Shown here one piece after another: positions 39,587 through 55,671 of a DNA stretch of 64,000 bases. The DNA comes from Salpingoeca rosetta. Lineage: Eukaryota; Protista; Choanoflagellata. The stretch lies in assembly GCA_033442325.1 (NCBI GenBank), contig JAWQFM010000012.1:822287-886286 (forward strand), written 5' to 3'. Position 1 is the stretch's first letter, and each line of letters opens with the position of its first letter. The position numbers and the translations under genes are program-made. The notes under the pieces are model-generated. The model worked only from the letters and a program-made list of their open reading frames with translations, did not search any database and was not told the origin of the DNA.

Positions 39587-42500
39587 ATGGATGGGGCAGA
39601 GCGCGCCGCAGAGGGCGCAGCGCTGCTGAAGAAACTGGCCAGGAAGCGCAACAAGAAGGCCGCAAAGAAGAAGTCCAAGCCAAAGCAAGACAAGCCACCA
39701 CAGCCACAAGAGCAGCAAGAACCACAGCCACACGAGCAGCAAGAACCTCAATCACAGTCACAAGAGCAACAAGAACCACAGTCACAAGAGCAGCATGAAC
39801 CACAACCACAGTCACAACACCAGCTCGAGCCACAACCACAACAACCCCACCAGAGTGAGCCACAACTTCCCTACCAGGCCCCAGCAGTTTCTGCGACAGC
39901 AAACGATTTCGTGGACAATACTGCTGCCGCTCCTCATGACATTGGGCACGGCCAGCACAACGAGGACAACGGCACGCTTGCCACAGATTCCAGCGATCAC
40001 ACAGCGCCTCAGTCCGCCCCATATGATCAGCAAGAAGGGCAGGATGAGCTCATGTCGTCTCAGCCACTAGACTCCAGCGATCTCACAGCGCTGCTCACGG
40101 GGCTTGAGTCTGCGGGAAGCGACGTGCATGACGCGGTACTGGCTGCAGAGCAGCAGGTCACCCAACAGCGTGAACAGATTGACAGACTCAACCAGAACTT
40201 GGATGAGCTGAGGAATGAGAACGCCCAGCTGCGCCAGCAGCTTGCCGATGCCGCCAGCACTACAGTCACAAGCGAGCAGCAGCAACAGCAGCGCGTGCAT
40301 GTGCTGGAGCAAGAAGTGGGCACACTGCAACACAACCTGCACAGTGCACAGGCCGAGCTGGCCGAGGCGCAGAGGGAGGTGGCGGAGCGCGAAAGTGGAC
40401 GCCTGGAAGCGATTACGCTCCAGCGCGAGCAGCGAGGGGAGATTGAGAGGCTGCAGCAAGAGCTGTCTGAGCTGCGGACAACGCGGACGAAGCGAGAGGA
40501 AGACATTGAGCGGGAGCGCTCGGAGCTGCTGGTCAAGGTGGAGGAGTTGCAGGCGCAGAGCGGAGATGTGGAGGCACGGCAGCGAGAGGAGATTGAGAGG
40601 CTGCAGCAAGAGCTGTCTGAGCTGCGGACAACGCGGACGAAGCGAGAGGAAGACATTGAGCGGGAGCGCTCGGAGCTGCTGGTCAAGGTGGAGGAGTTGC
40701 AGGCGCAGCTGGCATCAGCGGGCGACCTAAACGAGACTGTCCTGCGGCTGACGGGCGAGCGCGATGAAGCCATGTCACGGGCGCGGGAACAAGAGCAGCA
40801 GCTGGCTGACCGCGAACAGCAGCTCACACACGCGCAGAAGCAGTTGGCGGACCTGCAGCAGCAGGTGGACACGCTTGCCACTTCGTCCAGCGAGGACGTT
40901 GCCCAGTGGCAGGAACGCGTGCAGCAAGAGGAGAGCGAGCACGCCGAAACAAAGCAGCAGCTTGCGCAGGAGCAGCAGCGCGCGCACGACCTCCAGCAGC
41001 AGCTGCAGCGCCTGCAATCGTCGCAGCGCGCCGTTGACGAGGGCATGGCGGGCCTGCAGTCGCTCGAGCAGGACATACAGCGGCGCGAGAAGGACGTGCA
41101 AGCGCGCGAAGAGAGGCTTGCCTCAGACGAGGAGGCGTTGCGCACGCGCCAGTCACAGCTGAGCGAGCAGGAGCACGCACTCACGCAGCAGCAGCAAGAG
41201 CACAGCGAGCAGCGGCGCGCGTTTGAGGAGGAGATGCACCAGGCGCGGGCACACGTGCACGAATTGGAGGAGAGCGTGAAGGCGCGCGAGCGTGCGGTGG
41301 AGATGAAGGAGGCTGCTGCTGCTCAGGATGATGAACACGCCAACGCGCAGCTGGCCGACCTGCAGGAGAAGTGTGCACGTGCACAGCAGGAGAAGGAGGA
41401 GGTTGAGGAGCGGATGTCCCAGCTGGAGACAAGCCTGCAGCACCAGGTGGTGTCGCTACAGCAGCAGAACAAGGACCAGCAGCAGCGCCTGTCGCAGAGC
41501 AGCGAAGAGCACGCACAGGACAAGCTTGCGCTGAAGCAGCTGCGGGAAGAGCTGAACATGGCCAAGGCAGAGCTGGCCGCGGCGCAGGCGCAGGTGCAGG
41601 CGCAGTTGGAGGAGCAGGACGCCGACCTCGCACACAGGGCAAAGGAGGTGGAGGAGATGCGCGCAGAGCTTGAGCGGCAGCAGCAGCTGCTCGACGCCGC
41701 AAGCGCCAAGGTTGCACAGCGGGAGAAGGAGGCCGAGGAGGAGTGGCGGTCGCTGGGGGAGCAGCAGCACCAGGTGGAGCAGGCCAAGCGAGAGGCAGCC
41801 GTCGCCGCAAGCAGGCTGCAGGAGAGGGAAGAGCAGCTGCACGCAAGCGAGCGCACACTTGATGAGATGCGTGCGACGCTGCAGTCGACGGAACAGGCGC
41901 TGAGCGCACAGCAGGACGAGCTGGACCAGCGCGAGGAGAGCCTGAAGGAATACGAGGCCAAGATGCGGCAGTCGTGGGCGGAAGCAAACGCCAGTTTGGA
42001 GGAGGACCGGGAGGACCTGGACCGCAGGCGCAAGGAGTTGAGCGAAGCACGTGAGTCGCAGCAGCAGCGTGAGGGCGAGCTGTTGCGCCGCCGCTCCGAG
42101 CTCGACGACACGGCGGAGAAGCAGCAGCAGCTGGAGATGCAGCTTGCCAGCGAGGTTGAGCGCGTCGAGTCCCTCAAGGCGCAGCTGCAGCAGCAAGAGG
42201 AACAGCTGCAGCTGCAGCAGCGCGACGTGCAGGAGGCGCGGGAGGCGCTTGATGCCGACCAGGCTGAACTGGCCAAGGAGAAGGAGCAGGTCCGCAGCCG
42301 CGTGGAGACGGCAGAGCGCCGCTGGCAGGACGTGGAGGAGCGGCAGCAGACGCTGGCCGACGCTGAGAAGGCGATGGAGAAGCAGGCGCGGGACGCAGAC
42401 GAGCGCGCAGCCAACCTCAATGCCCGGCAGCAAGAGCTTGAGGCCGCCATGGAGGAGGTGACGAAGCAGCGGCAGGAGCTGGCGCGGCTGCACGAGGCGG

Positions 42501-44792
42501 CTGAGGCAGACGTCAGTGCCGTGCAGCGGGAACTGCAGCAGGAACGCACGCGCCTGCGCCAGCTGTCAGAGGAGCTGGACGCCAGGGAGAAGGAACTCGC
42601 CGCAGCGCGGGAAGCACATGCGAGCGAAGCAGAGGAGCTTGCACACAAGCAGCGCAAGCTGGCAGACAGGCAGCAGCACCTGCACGCGCGGGAAGCGCAG
42701 CTGGTCACGCACGAGAACGAGGCGGCGAGGCGGCAGCACTTGCTGGAGAAGGGCGAGCGGCAGCTGAAGGACAAGTGGGATGACCTGGACGCGCGCACAC
42801 GCGAGCTGCAGGAAAACCACGAGATGTTCATGAACGACATGACCGTGCGTGAGCACCGCACGCGCGTGGCGCGAAGCGAGCTGGCGAACCAGCAGCGCGC
42901 ACTCGCGGCGCAGCAGCAAGAGCTGGAGCGTTCACGTGCACAGCTGAAGCAGGATGCCGAGAAGCAGCGAGCGCGGGCAAGCGCACAGCAGCACGACCTC
43001 GACGCCCGGTTTGAGGAGCTGGAGCACCAGCGCACAGCCCTGGCACGGCAGCGGCTGCAGGCGGAGCAGCTTGCCGCAGAGAACCACGAACGGCAGATGC
43101 AGCTACAGCAGCTGGAGAAGGACCAAGCCAAGATGGACGAGAGCCTGGCTGCGCGCGAGAAGGACGTGGAGGCGCGGGAGGAGCGCATGCGCGAGCAGTC
43201 CTCTCGGCTGTCCTCCCAGTCCACAGTGCTGAACGAGCTGCGGCAGCGGCTGGACGAGGAAGAGCGGGCGCTGCAGGAGCGCACGGACGCGTTTGCAAAG
43301 GAACAGCAGGAGGCGCGCGACGCCCTCAGCGCAAAGGAGGAACAGCTCAACGCACAGAGCCAGTCCCTGAGCGATGCGCGGGCGCAGGTGGAGAAGCAGC
43401 AGCATGCCGTGCGCCAGCAGGCCGCCAAGCTGGTGGAGGACCAGGAGAAGGTGAAGGCGCGGCACAAGGAGGCAGACGAGCGGAGCGCCATGCTTGAGCA
43501 GCGGGAGCAGCGCGCGAAGCAGCAGCACGACGCGCGCACGCGCAAGCTCAACGAGCGGGTGACGCAGATTGAGGAGCTTGAGGCGCGGTTACTCGTGCGC
43601 ACGAAGGAGCTTGAGAAGGCGCAGGCGTACTTTGAGCGGCTGAAGCAGGACCAGGAGCAGCACCTGCGGCAGCAGAAGCGGGCCCTGGAGACACGCGAAC
43701 GCACCATTGAGGAGAAGCTCAACCACCTGCGCTCGCAGGAGGACCTGTTGCGTAAGCTCGAGGAGCGTGCACAGGCCAAGTTTGCCGGCATGACGCAAGA
43801 GCGCGCGGCGCTGGCGGACAGCTGGGGGCGGGAACGGCACGAGCTGCACCAGCTCAAGGAGGAGCTGATTGCATACGAGCAGCGGCTGGAGGCGAGGGAG
43901 ACGTCGCTGCGTGATCGACAGGAGCAGCAGCGCAAGGAACTGGAGGAGATTGGCAAGCAGCGTGCCGCCGCCAGGGTGGAGCGCACGCAGCTTGAGGAAG
44001 CCCGCATAGCACTGCAGCAATCGCAGGACACACAGCAGGAGCGGCAGGAGCTGGAACAGCTGATGCAAGAGGTGACGCAGCAAATCTCCGAGCTGGACAC
44101 GCAGAAGAAAGAGATGGACAGGCACCACCTGAACATGAAGCGGGCGCTGCTGGTGCTGTCTGAGGCCTTCCCTGACACACGCCTCTCCGACCGCCAGGTT
44201 GACGAAGTGACGATTGAAGAGGCGCTGGCGCTTGTTCGCGAGCGCGTAGCTGTGTTGAAGGAGCAGAAGCAGGACGAACAGGCCCGCGCAACGCGGCTGC
44301 AGCAGGACGTGCGCACGCTTCAGCAACAGCACAGCAAGAGCAGCAGCATGGGCAGCAGCCGGCGCAGTGATGACGCGGGTGCCAGCAGGCGTGGCGGCAC
44401 CGCGTCTGATGCTGATGCTGAGGCCGTCCGCCGTGCACTTGAGGAACGGGATCACGCGTTGAAAGAAGCGCAACATCTCCGGCAACGGCTGCAGGAACAC
44501 GTCAACAACAGCGGCGAGGCGCACCAGGTAGCATGTTGTCGCCACGTTGTCTTGCGTTTGCATGTATGTGTGTGCATGTATTCGTGCATGCGTTCGTGCG
44601 TTCGTGCGTTCGTGCGTTTGCTTAACGTGTGCCGCGGTTCATTGTACACCCTGTAAGTGTGTGCATGTGTGCGTGCGTGCATGTGTAACGGTGTTGTTTA
44701 AGTTGTTGTTGTTTAAGTTGTTGTTGTTTATTAAGTTGTTGTTGTTTATTAAGTTGTTTAAGTTGTTGTTGTTTAAGTTGTTGTTGTTTAAG

Positions 44793-44885
<93 letters not shown>

Positions 44886-45650
44886 CATGGATGCAAATGC
44901 TTGTTGTGCTTCACCACACATCTACCACGCACTGCATGCATGCGTGCACACATGCACACACTCACACGCAACTTCATCACGGCTGCGCGTGCTTAGGGAG
45001 AGGCGGCCCTACTGCAGCGAATGCTGAACAGCGAAACGCAGGAGCTGCGCGCTGTTAAGGCGCAGCACGTCAAGGCAGAGACGCGCGCAAAGTCGCTTGA
45101 GCAGCAGGTCACGCGCCTGGAGCACGAACTCACGCGTGTGAGGGAGCAGCAGCAGAAACAACAGCAGCAACTGCAACAGCAGCAGGGCGCAGCGAACACG
45201 CGCGATCACCAGCAGGGTGACCACCAACATCATCACCACCACCACGCGGGCGATGAGAAGCATGCGCACAAGCTGCGGGAGCTTGAAGAGACGCTTGACG
45301 CTGCGTTTGAGGAGCGTGACCAGACGAATCAGCGGATTGAGGTGCTCCACAGCCGTCTGCAGGAGCTTACAGCACGCCACGAGAAGGAGGTCGCCCGCCT
45401 CAAGGCTGAGAAACAGGTGCGCGCTCTTGCGTATATGAGGTTGTGCGTGTGTGTGCGTGTGCCTCTGTGTGTGTGTGTGTGTGTGCAGACGACTCGCGTT
45501 TGCCCCTCCCCTCTCATTGTGATGTCACACACCTCCAGCCCTCGCTTTGTTCGCGTTCATGTACGTGTATGCGTTGCATGCGTGTGTGCTTTGCTAAGTA
45601 CATCTCGCCGCTGACTCCAAAACAACGCTTTCTGTCCTCGTTTCCAACCC

Positions 45651-45700
<50 letters not shown>

Positions 45701-47873
45701 TCGCTTTCGCTTGCAGGACCTGGAGGAAGAAGTCAAGGCGCTGAGCAACAGCGGCAGCAGCAGACGCGCACGTAGAGGACACGGGCACGATGACGACGGC
45801 GGCGACAACGATGGTGGTGACCGCGAGCAAGAAGAGGCTGTGCGTCGCTTGTCCACGCACGCAATCACGCTTGAAACGCAGTTGCGCGAGGCGATGGACG
45901 AGCGGGAAGAGCTTGGGCGGCAGTTGTCGAGCCAGCAGGCCGAGAACGAAACGCTGCGCGAAAAGTACGACCACCTGCAAGACCGCTACCGGGCAATGGA
46001 GGACACCTGTCGCGATTTGTTGCGTGAGCGCGTGGACTCGCAGTCCGCTGCCATCAGCAGCACCCGCGGTAATGGTGGTAACAATAGAGGCTTTGGTGCA
46101 AGTGGCTCGCGCTCGCGCCACCAACCCCAGCACCGCCATCTCCTTGACCGGAGCGAGGGGCGTGACAGCTTCGGCAGCCCGCAGAGCCACGACAGCCGTG
46201 ATGGTGGAAGGGTGAGTGGCGACGAGGATGAGGATGACCAAGCGGTCGACGCAACGACGCGCGGATATCGCCACGCACGCGACGCCGACGTGCGCCACCT
46301 GCACACGCAGGCCAGGGCCAGTGGTGGTGGTGGTGGTGGTGTGTCGCACAGCGAGCGCAGCATGGCGAGCGAAGAGCACCAGCTCCTGCGAGGGATTGAC
46401 AGCGGACTGCTTGACCCAACCCTCAAGGCGCTGCTCAGCTACCGCCGCCCCAACACCACGGCCAAGCAGGCTGCAGCCACGAATGGCGCAGGCGACCTCT
46501 ACTCATCAACGCCGGGCAGACAGCCATACGCGCACATGCAAACGTACCCGCCAGTGCGTGGCAGTGGCAGTGGCAGCCATGGTCATGGTGATGGCGATGG
46601 CGATGATGGTGAGGGCAGCGATGTCCGTCTTGAGCGTCACGGCGCGGCGCTGGCGGCACTCGAGCGAATGCGCTCGCTCACCAGCACGGATGCCTCTGCC
46701 ACAACACGGACGACGGACGTTGTGACACAAAGCAGTGTGACGTCGCTTCGATGGCAAACGAGCGGTGGTGGGCGGCAGAGCCCCTTCCAGCCGTTCAAGA
46801 GCCCAACAGCTCGCTATGGTGATGATGATGATGTTGATGATGATGGTGACGATGATGTTGATGATGGTGACATCAGCCGCCAGCATCAGCTGCTTCGGCA
46901 GAACGCTGCAGCCAGGAGTAGCGGTGGCGACAGAAGCGGCGTGGCAGGCCAGGACCACGCACCGTCATCGTCATCAGCGCCAACTGCAACAGCAGCAGCA
47001 GCAACCAGCACATCGGGCATCTACGGGTTTGGCAGAGGCGACAGCGGCGACGCATCTGCGCTGTACAGCGACCAGCACCAGCACACCATTCGCGGCACGG
47101 CTGAGCTCCTGGACGATCGCTCGTGGGCGCGAAGGAGTGGGGACAATGAGGGCTTCAGTGCTGGCCGCGATGTGTACGACACGTCACCTACCGCGTCATC
47201 GGTGCAGTCGTATCACACTGCCGTCTCCCACGCCAACGACTCGCCATCAGAGCTGGACGCCTCTGGCCAGTTTGCCCGACGCAGCAGCGGCAACATCCGC
47301 TTTGCCGATGGCGATGGTGATGGTGATGGTGATGGTGATGGCGATGGTGTTGGCAGGTATCGTGGGTCTTGGCGCGGTGGAGGTGGTGATGAGCAAGAGG
47401 AGCCGTTGTACTCCTCTGGCGGGCGATCGCATCGCAGCCACCGCAGTGCCTATGGTGGTCACAGTCATGGTGATGGTGATGGTGAAGGGGATGATGGTGA
47501 TGGTGAGTTTGGGGACGCTGCCAACACAACGTTGACAGCAACGAATGCTGGACGCGGTGCTCGCAGCAGCAGCTACCATGATGGCGGTGATGGGGATGAC
47601 GATGACGATGGTGCTGGTGATGTGATGGGGGACGCGTCGCACTGGCGTGCCAAGTACGGTGGCGGCCGTCATGCATCAACGGCACGGGCAGGCGACCTCG
47701 GTAGCGGGTTGCTGCAGGACTTGGATGCCATGGGCGAGTCCACCTGGCCCAGCACAACACGAACGGTGCCAACAGCACCAACAGCACCACGCCAGCAGCT
47801 TCCAGATGCTCACGCGTTTCTGCAGAAGCTGATGCAATCACGGGATGTACACGAATCTTACCCCGCAGAATAG
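39587..47873 (+). CDS. Very large coiled-coil protein (~2505 aa) with disordered C-terminus
   Basis: Exons 39587-44527, 44997-45416 and 45717-47873 are in phase. About 1600 aa are E/Q/R/A/L-rich heptad sequence. No specific family recognised. Confidence 0.85.
40429..40708 (+). repeat. In-frame internal duplication (130 bp x2, 150 bp period)
   Basis: 40429-40558 and 40579-40708 differ at one base and encode ..EIERLQQELSELRTTRTKREEDIERERSELLVKVEELQAQ twice. Confidence 0.9.
44692..44885. repeat. Compound intronic simple repeat (TTG)n / TTTAAG-interrupted / (ATG)n
   Basis: Seen directly; lies in intron 1 of the coiled-coil gene. Confidence 0.9.
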
Positions 47874-48125
47874 AGAGGTGGTGTGATGGTGCGTGTGAGA
47901 GAGTGTGTGTGAGAGTGTGAGAGAGGGGGGATCATAGGTCATGTGCCAGAGTGTGCCAGCGTCTTGTGGTTCTTCTCAGAGAGTGTGTGCATGTGTGTGT
48001 GTGTGTTTGTTTTCACGTGCGCAATTGGCATATGCTGGTTGCCAGTGTAATCATATTGTGTGTGTGTGTGTGCTCGCGTGTGTACGTGGTTGGTGTGAAG
48101 AGAGATTGGTCGTTACAACATCACA

Positions 48126-48184
<59 letters not shown>

Positions 48185-48521
48185 TCCTTTCCATCTTTGT
48201 CTTCTTCTTTCCCTTGATTCTCGTTTTACAATAGACGGTGTCTCACAGCACATCACCTCATTGTAAGTGCACAGGAACAGGGGAGAGGGGGTAGGGAGGA
48301 GTGTAACTTCTGGCTCGTTCGTGAACACGTAGTGGCAGAGGGAGTAGGGAGCGGTCGGCAGATACGCACCGAGAGATGGACGACGCCAGCAAACGCTTAC
48401 ACACACAGACACACACAGACACACAGACACAGACACACAGAGACACACGCAGACACACACAGACACAGACACACACACACAGACACACAGACACACAGAC
48501 ACACACACAGACAAACAGCAC

Positions 48522-50216
48522 CTATTTCCGGTCTGGGAGGGCGTTGATGATGTCTGCGAGTGGGCGATAGTCCTCGATTCTGTTGTAAATGTGTGCAGAG
48601 ATGCGAACATAGAGCTCTCCATTGATGGTCTTCACGGGAACTTCAATGCCGTTGGAATACAGCCAGTTCTGTACCCGCGGACCAGCACCCTCCTGTTGCT
48701 GCTGCTGCTGCTGCTGCTGCGAAGGTTTGTCTGTGCTTTGATCCCTTCCACCGTCAACAGCGCCATCACCCCTGCCACCCTCATGACCCTCATCACCACC
48801 GTCACCAGTGCCCGTGCTTCCATCTAGCACGTGACGCCGTGTTGCGGCAAGAGCAGCATGGCTGACGTCCTTGTGTGCCGGCAGCGCAACAAGCGCCATG
48901 CAGCCGTGCAGGGCCAGGTGACTGGCCGGGTCCTTGGAGGCAACAATGCCGCCTGTTCCCCAGGCGTCGCGGAGGAATGCCGCGGCATCGGCGAGAAGCC
49001 CGCGGCTGTATGCGCGCATGCGCCCAACGCCCTGCACGTCCCAGAAGTCGAGCGCCGTGCACAGCGACAGGGTTGGCGCGTAGTCCCGGCAGCCGTCCCA
49101 CACAAAGTCGCTGGTGAACCCTTGTCCGTGGCCATGCGAGATGATCATGGGCTCAATGGCCGCCTTGTCCTCGTCCCGGCCGGCCCACAGCACGCCCACG
49201 CTCTTTGCACTGCACATCCACTTGTGGCAGTTGGCCGCATAGTAGTGCACGCCAGCGGCCTGCAGCTCGCTCATGTCCACGTGCGCCTGCACCAGGCCGT
49301 GCGCGCCGTCCACAAGCACGCGCGTGCCGGGGCTGTGCTGTGCAACAAGCTCGGCCAGCTCCGTCAGGGGCAGCTGCAGCGCGGTGTTGGAGGTGATGTG
49401 GTCGAACACGGCCAGCGTGGGCAGCTGGTCTGCTGCGCACTGCGACAGGTGGTTGCGCACGAGGTCGAGGATGTCTGCGGGCGAGCTGAGCGGCAGGGGT
49501 ACACGCAAGGACACGTGTGTGGCGCCCGTGCGCTGCGCGACGTGGTCCACCATCTTCTTGACGGAGCCGTATGCGATGTCGAGGGTGAGGATGCTGTCGC
49601 GTGGGGTGAAGCGGCGAGCCATGGACTGCAGGACCGTGTTGAGGGCAGACGTGGCGTTGGGCACAAACACCATGTCTGTTGGCTGCGCCTGCATGAACGA
49701 GGCCATACGGTGGATGGTGCGCACAAGCTCAGGGAGGAGCTGCCTGTCGAAGAACCGCAGGGGCTGCTCCTCTTGCTTCTCTCGCCAGGCCTGGGCGTGC
49801 TTGAGCACGCAGCGCAGCGACGCACCAAACGCGCCGTGGTTGAGGAAGGCCCAGCGCTCAAAGTCAATCATGAACTGGTCCCGCATGCCGTCCGAGCCGG
49901 GCACGCACATGCACACGTCTGGCGGCACTGGTGCGCCCTTAGTCAGCTCTGCGGGCCATTCCGAGGGCGGCACACGCACCAGGTCCTCCACGCTTGGCGT
50001 GGCGAAGGACCCAAAGCCAGACCGCAGCCGTCGCCTGCTTGTCTCCTCCTCCTCCCTGGCGCTGTCAGAGCCAGTACTGCTTGTGTGAAAGGACGCCCTT
50101 CGTGTCTGTGGGCGTCTGTGGTGTTGATGCGTGCAAGCAGGCGCAGCACTAGCGACCGCACTCCTACAGCCTCTAACTGCACCACCACACCGAGCGACTC
50201 CCACCAGCCACTTCAT
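48522..50216 (-). CDS. Class V PLP-dependent enzyme (isopenicillin N epimerase / L-cysteine desulfhydrase / Egt2-like C-S lyase), intronless
   Basis: 564 aa ORF with FLNHGAFG, FVPNAT..LN.VL, AYGSV, FDHITS, LVDGAHG, ANCHKW (PLP lysine), G.RD and YVRISAHIYN. The Arg-rich N-terminus resembles a mitochondrial presequence. Confidence 0.88.
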   Translation of the reverse strand: MKWLVGVARCGGAVRGCRSAVASAAPACTHQHHRRPQTRRASFHTSSTGSDSAREEEETSRRRLRSGFGSFATPSVEDLVRVPPSEWPAELTKGAPVPPDVCMCVPGSDGMRDQFMIDFERWAFLNHGAFGASLRCVLKHAQAWREKQEEQPLRFFDRQLLPELVRTIHRMASFMQAQPTDMVFVPNATSALNTVLQSMARRFTPRDSILTLDIAYGSVKKMVDHVAQRTGATHVSLRVPLPLSSPADILDLVRNHLSQCAADQLPTLAVFDHITSNTALQLPLTELAELVAQHSPGTRVLVDGAHGLVQAHVDMSELQAAGVHYYAANCHKWMCSAKSVGVLWAGRDEDKAAIEPMIISHGHGQGFTSDFVWDGCRDYAPTLSLCTALDFWDVQGVGRMRAYSRGLLADAAAFLRDAWGTGGIVASKDPASHLALHGCMALVALPAHKDVSHAALAATRRHVLDGSTGTGDGGDEGHEGGRGDGAVDGGRDQSTDKPSQQQQQQQQQEGAGPRVQNWLYSNGIEVPVKTINGELYVRISAHIYNRIEDYRPLADIINALPDRK

Positions 50217-50337
50217 CTTCGTTGCTTTGCTTCCTTCTTCTGCTTTGTTGCTTGCTGGAGCAAGCAGCAGTTTTGGCGGGAAGTCAACAACAGCAGCGGA
50301 TACCAGTCAGTGGACACGCGTGCTCACCACGACGGCG

Positions 50338-55090
<4,753 letters not shown>

Positions 55091-55535
55091 TTGTGGTTGT
55101 TGTGTCCACTTGCTTAGCCGCTTATTTCCGTGGGTTGCTGGTTCTTATTCATTGATTGAAGCGTGACATGACACGGTTTTTACTGTGTTGGACTTGAGAA
55201 ATAGAAAAGATAAAGAACGCACGGCGTTGTAAAACCCACTTCGTTTGCTACAGCAGCTGATACGCATGCATGCAGGAGGGAGAGGGGAGGTTGTAAATAG
55301 CGAACACGTGTGTGTTTGTTTGTTTGTTTGTTTGTTTGTTTGTTTGTTTGTTTGGATGTGTGTTCGTTTGGATGTGCGTGTATGTGTGTGTGTTTTTGTT
55401 TTGGTTTGGTTTGTTGAATGTGTGTGTGTGTGCGTGATGAATGGACTGAGAGGTAGCGAGTGAAATGTGAACCAAAAAGATCAGTGAAGCGAGAGGCCCG
55501 CCTGCGGACCAACTGAAGAGCAAGGTGATGGCACA

Positions 55536-55620
55536 TCAGGTGTTGGCGTAGTATTTTGCCTGCAAGCAAAAAACAAAGAAGCAAGATGGGTGAGACAACA
55601 TACAAGCAGTGTGAGAATGG

Positions 55621-55671
<51 letters not shown>

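Noticed and set aside
41323-44316. 997 aa minus-strand ORF (also 21780-23399 + and 48831-50390 +)
   Set aside because: Antisense shadows of GC3-rich coding exons, with S/C/R-rich composition and no domain signal.
39587-47873. Naming the coiled-coil protein (golgin, trichohyalin, CEP, myosin tail)
   Set aside because: No diagnostic domain (GRIP, PACT, motor) is visible, and composition alone is not specific.
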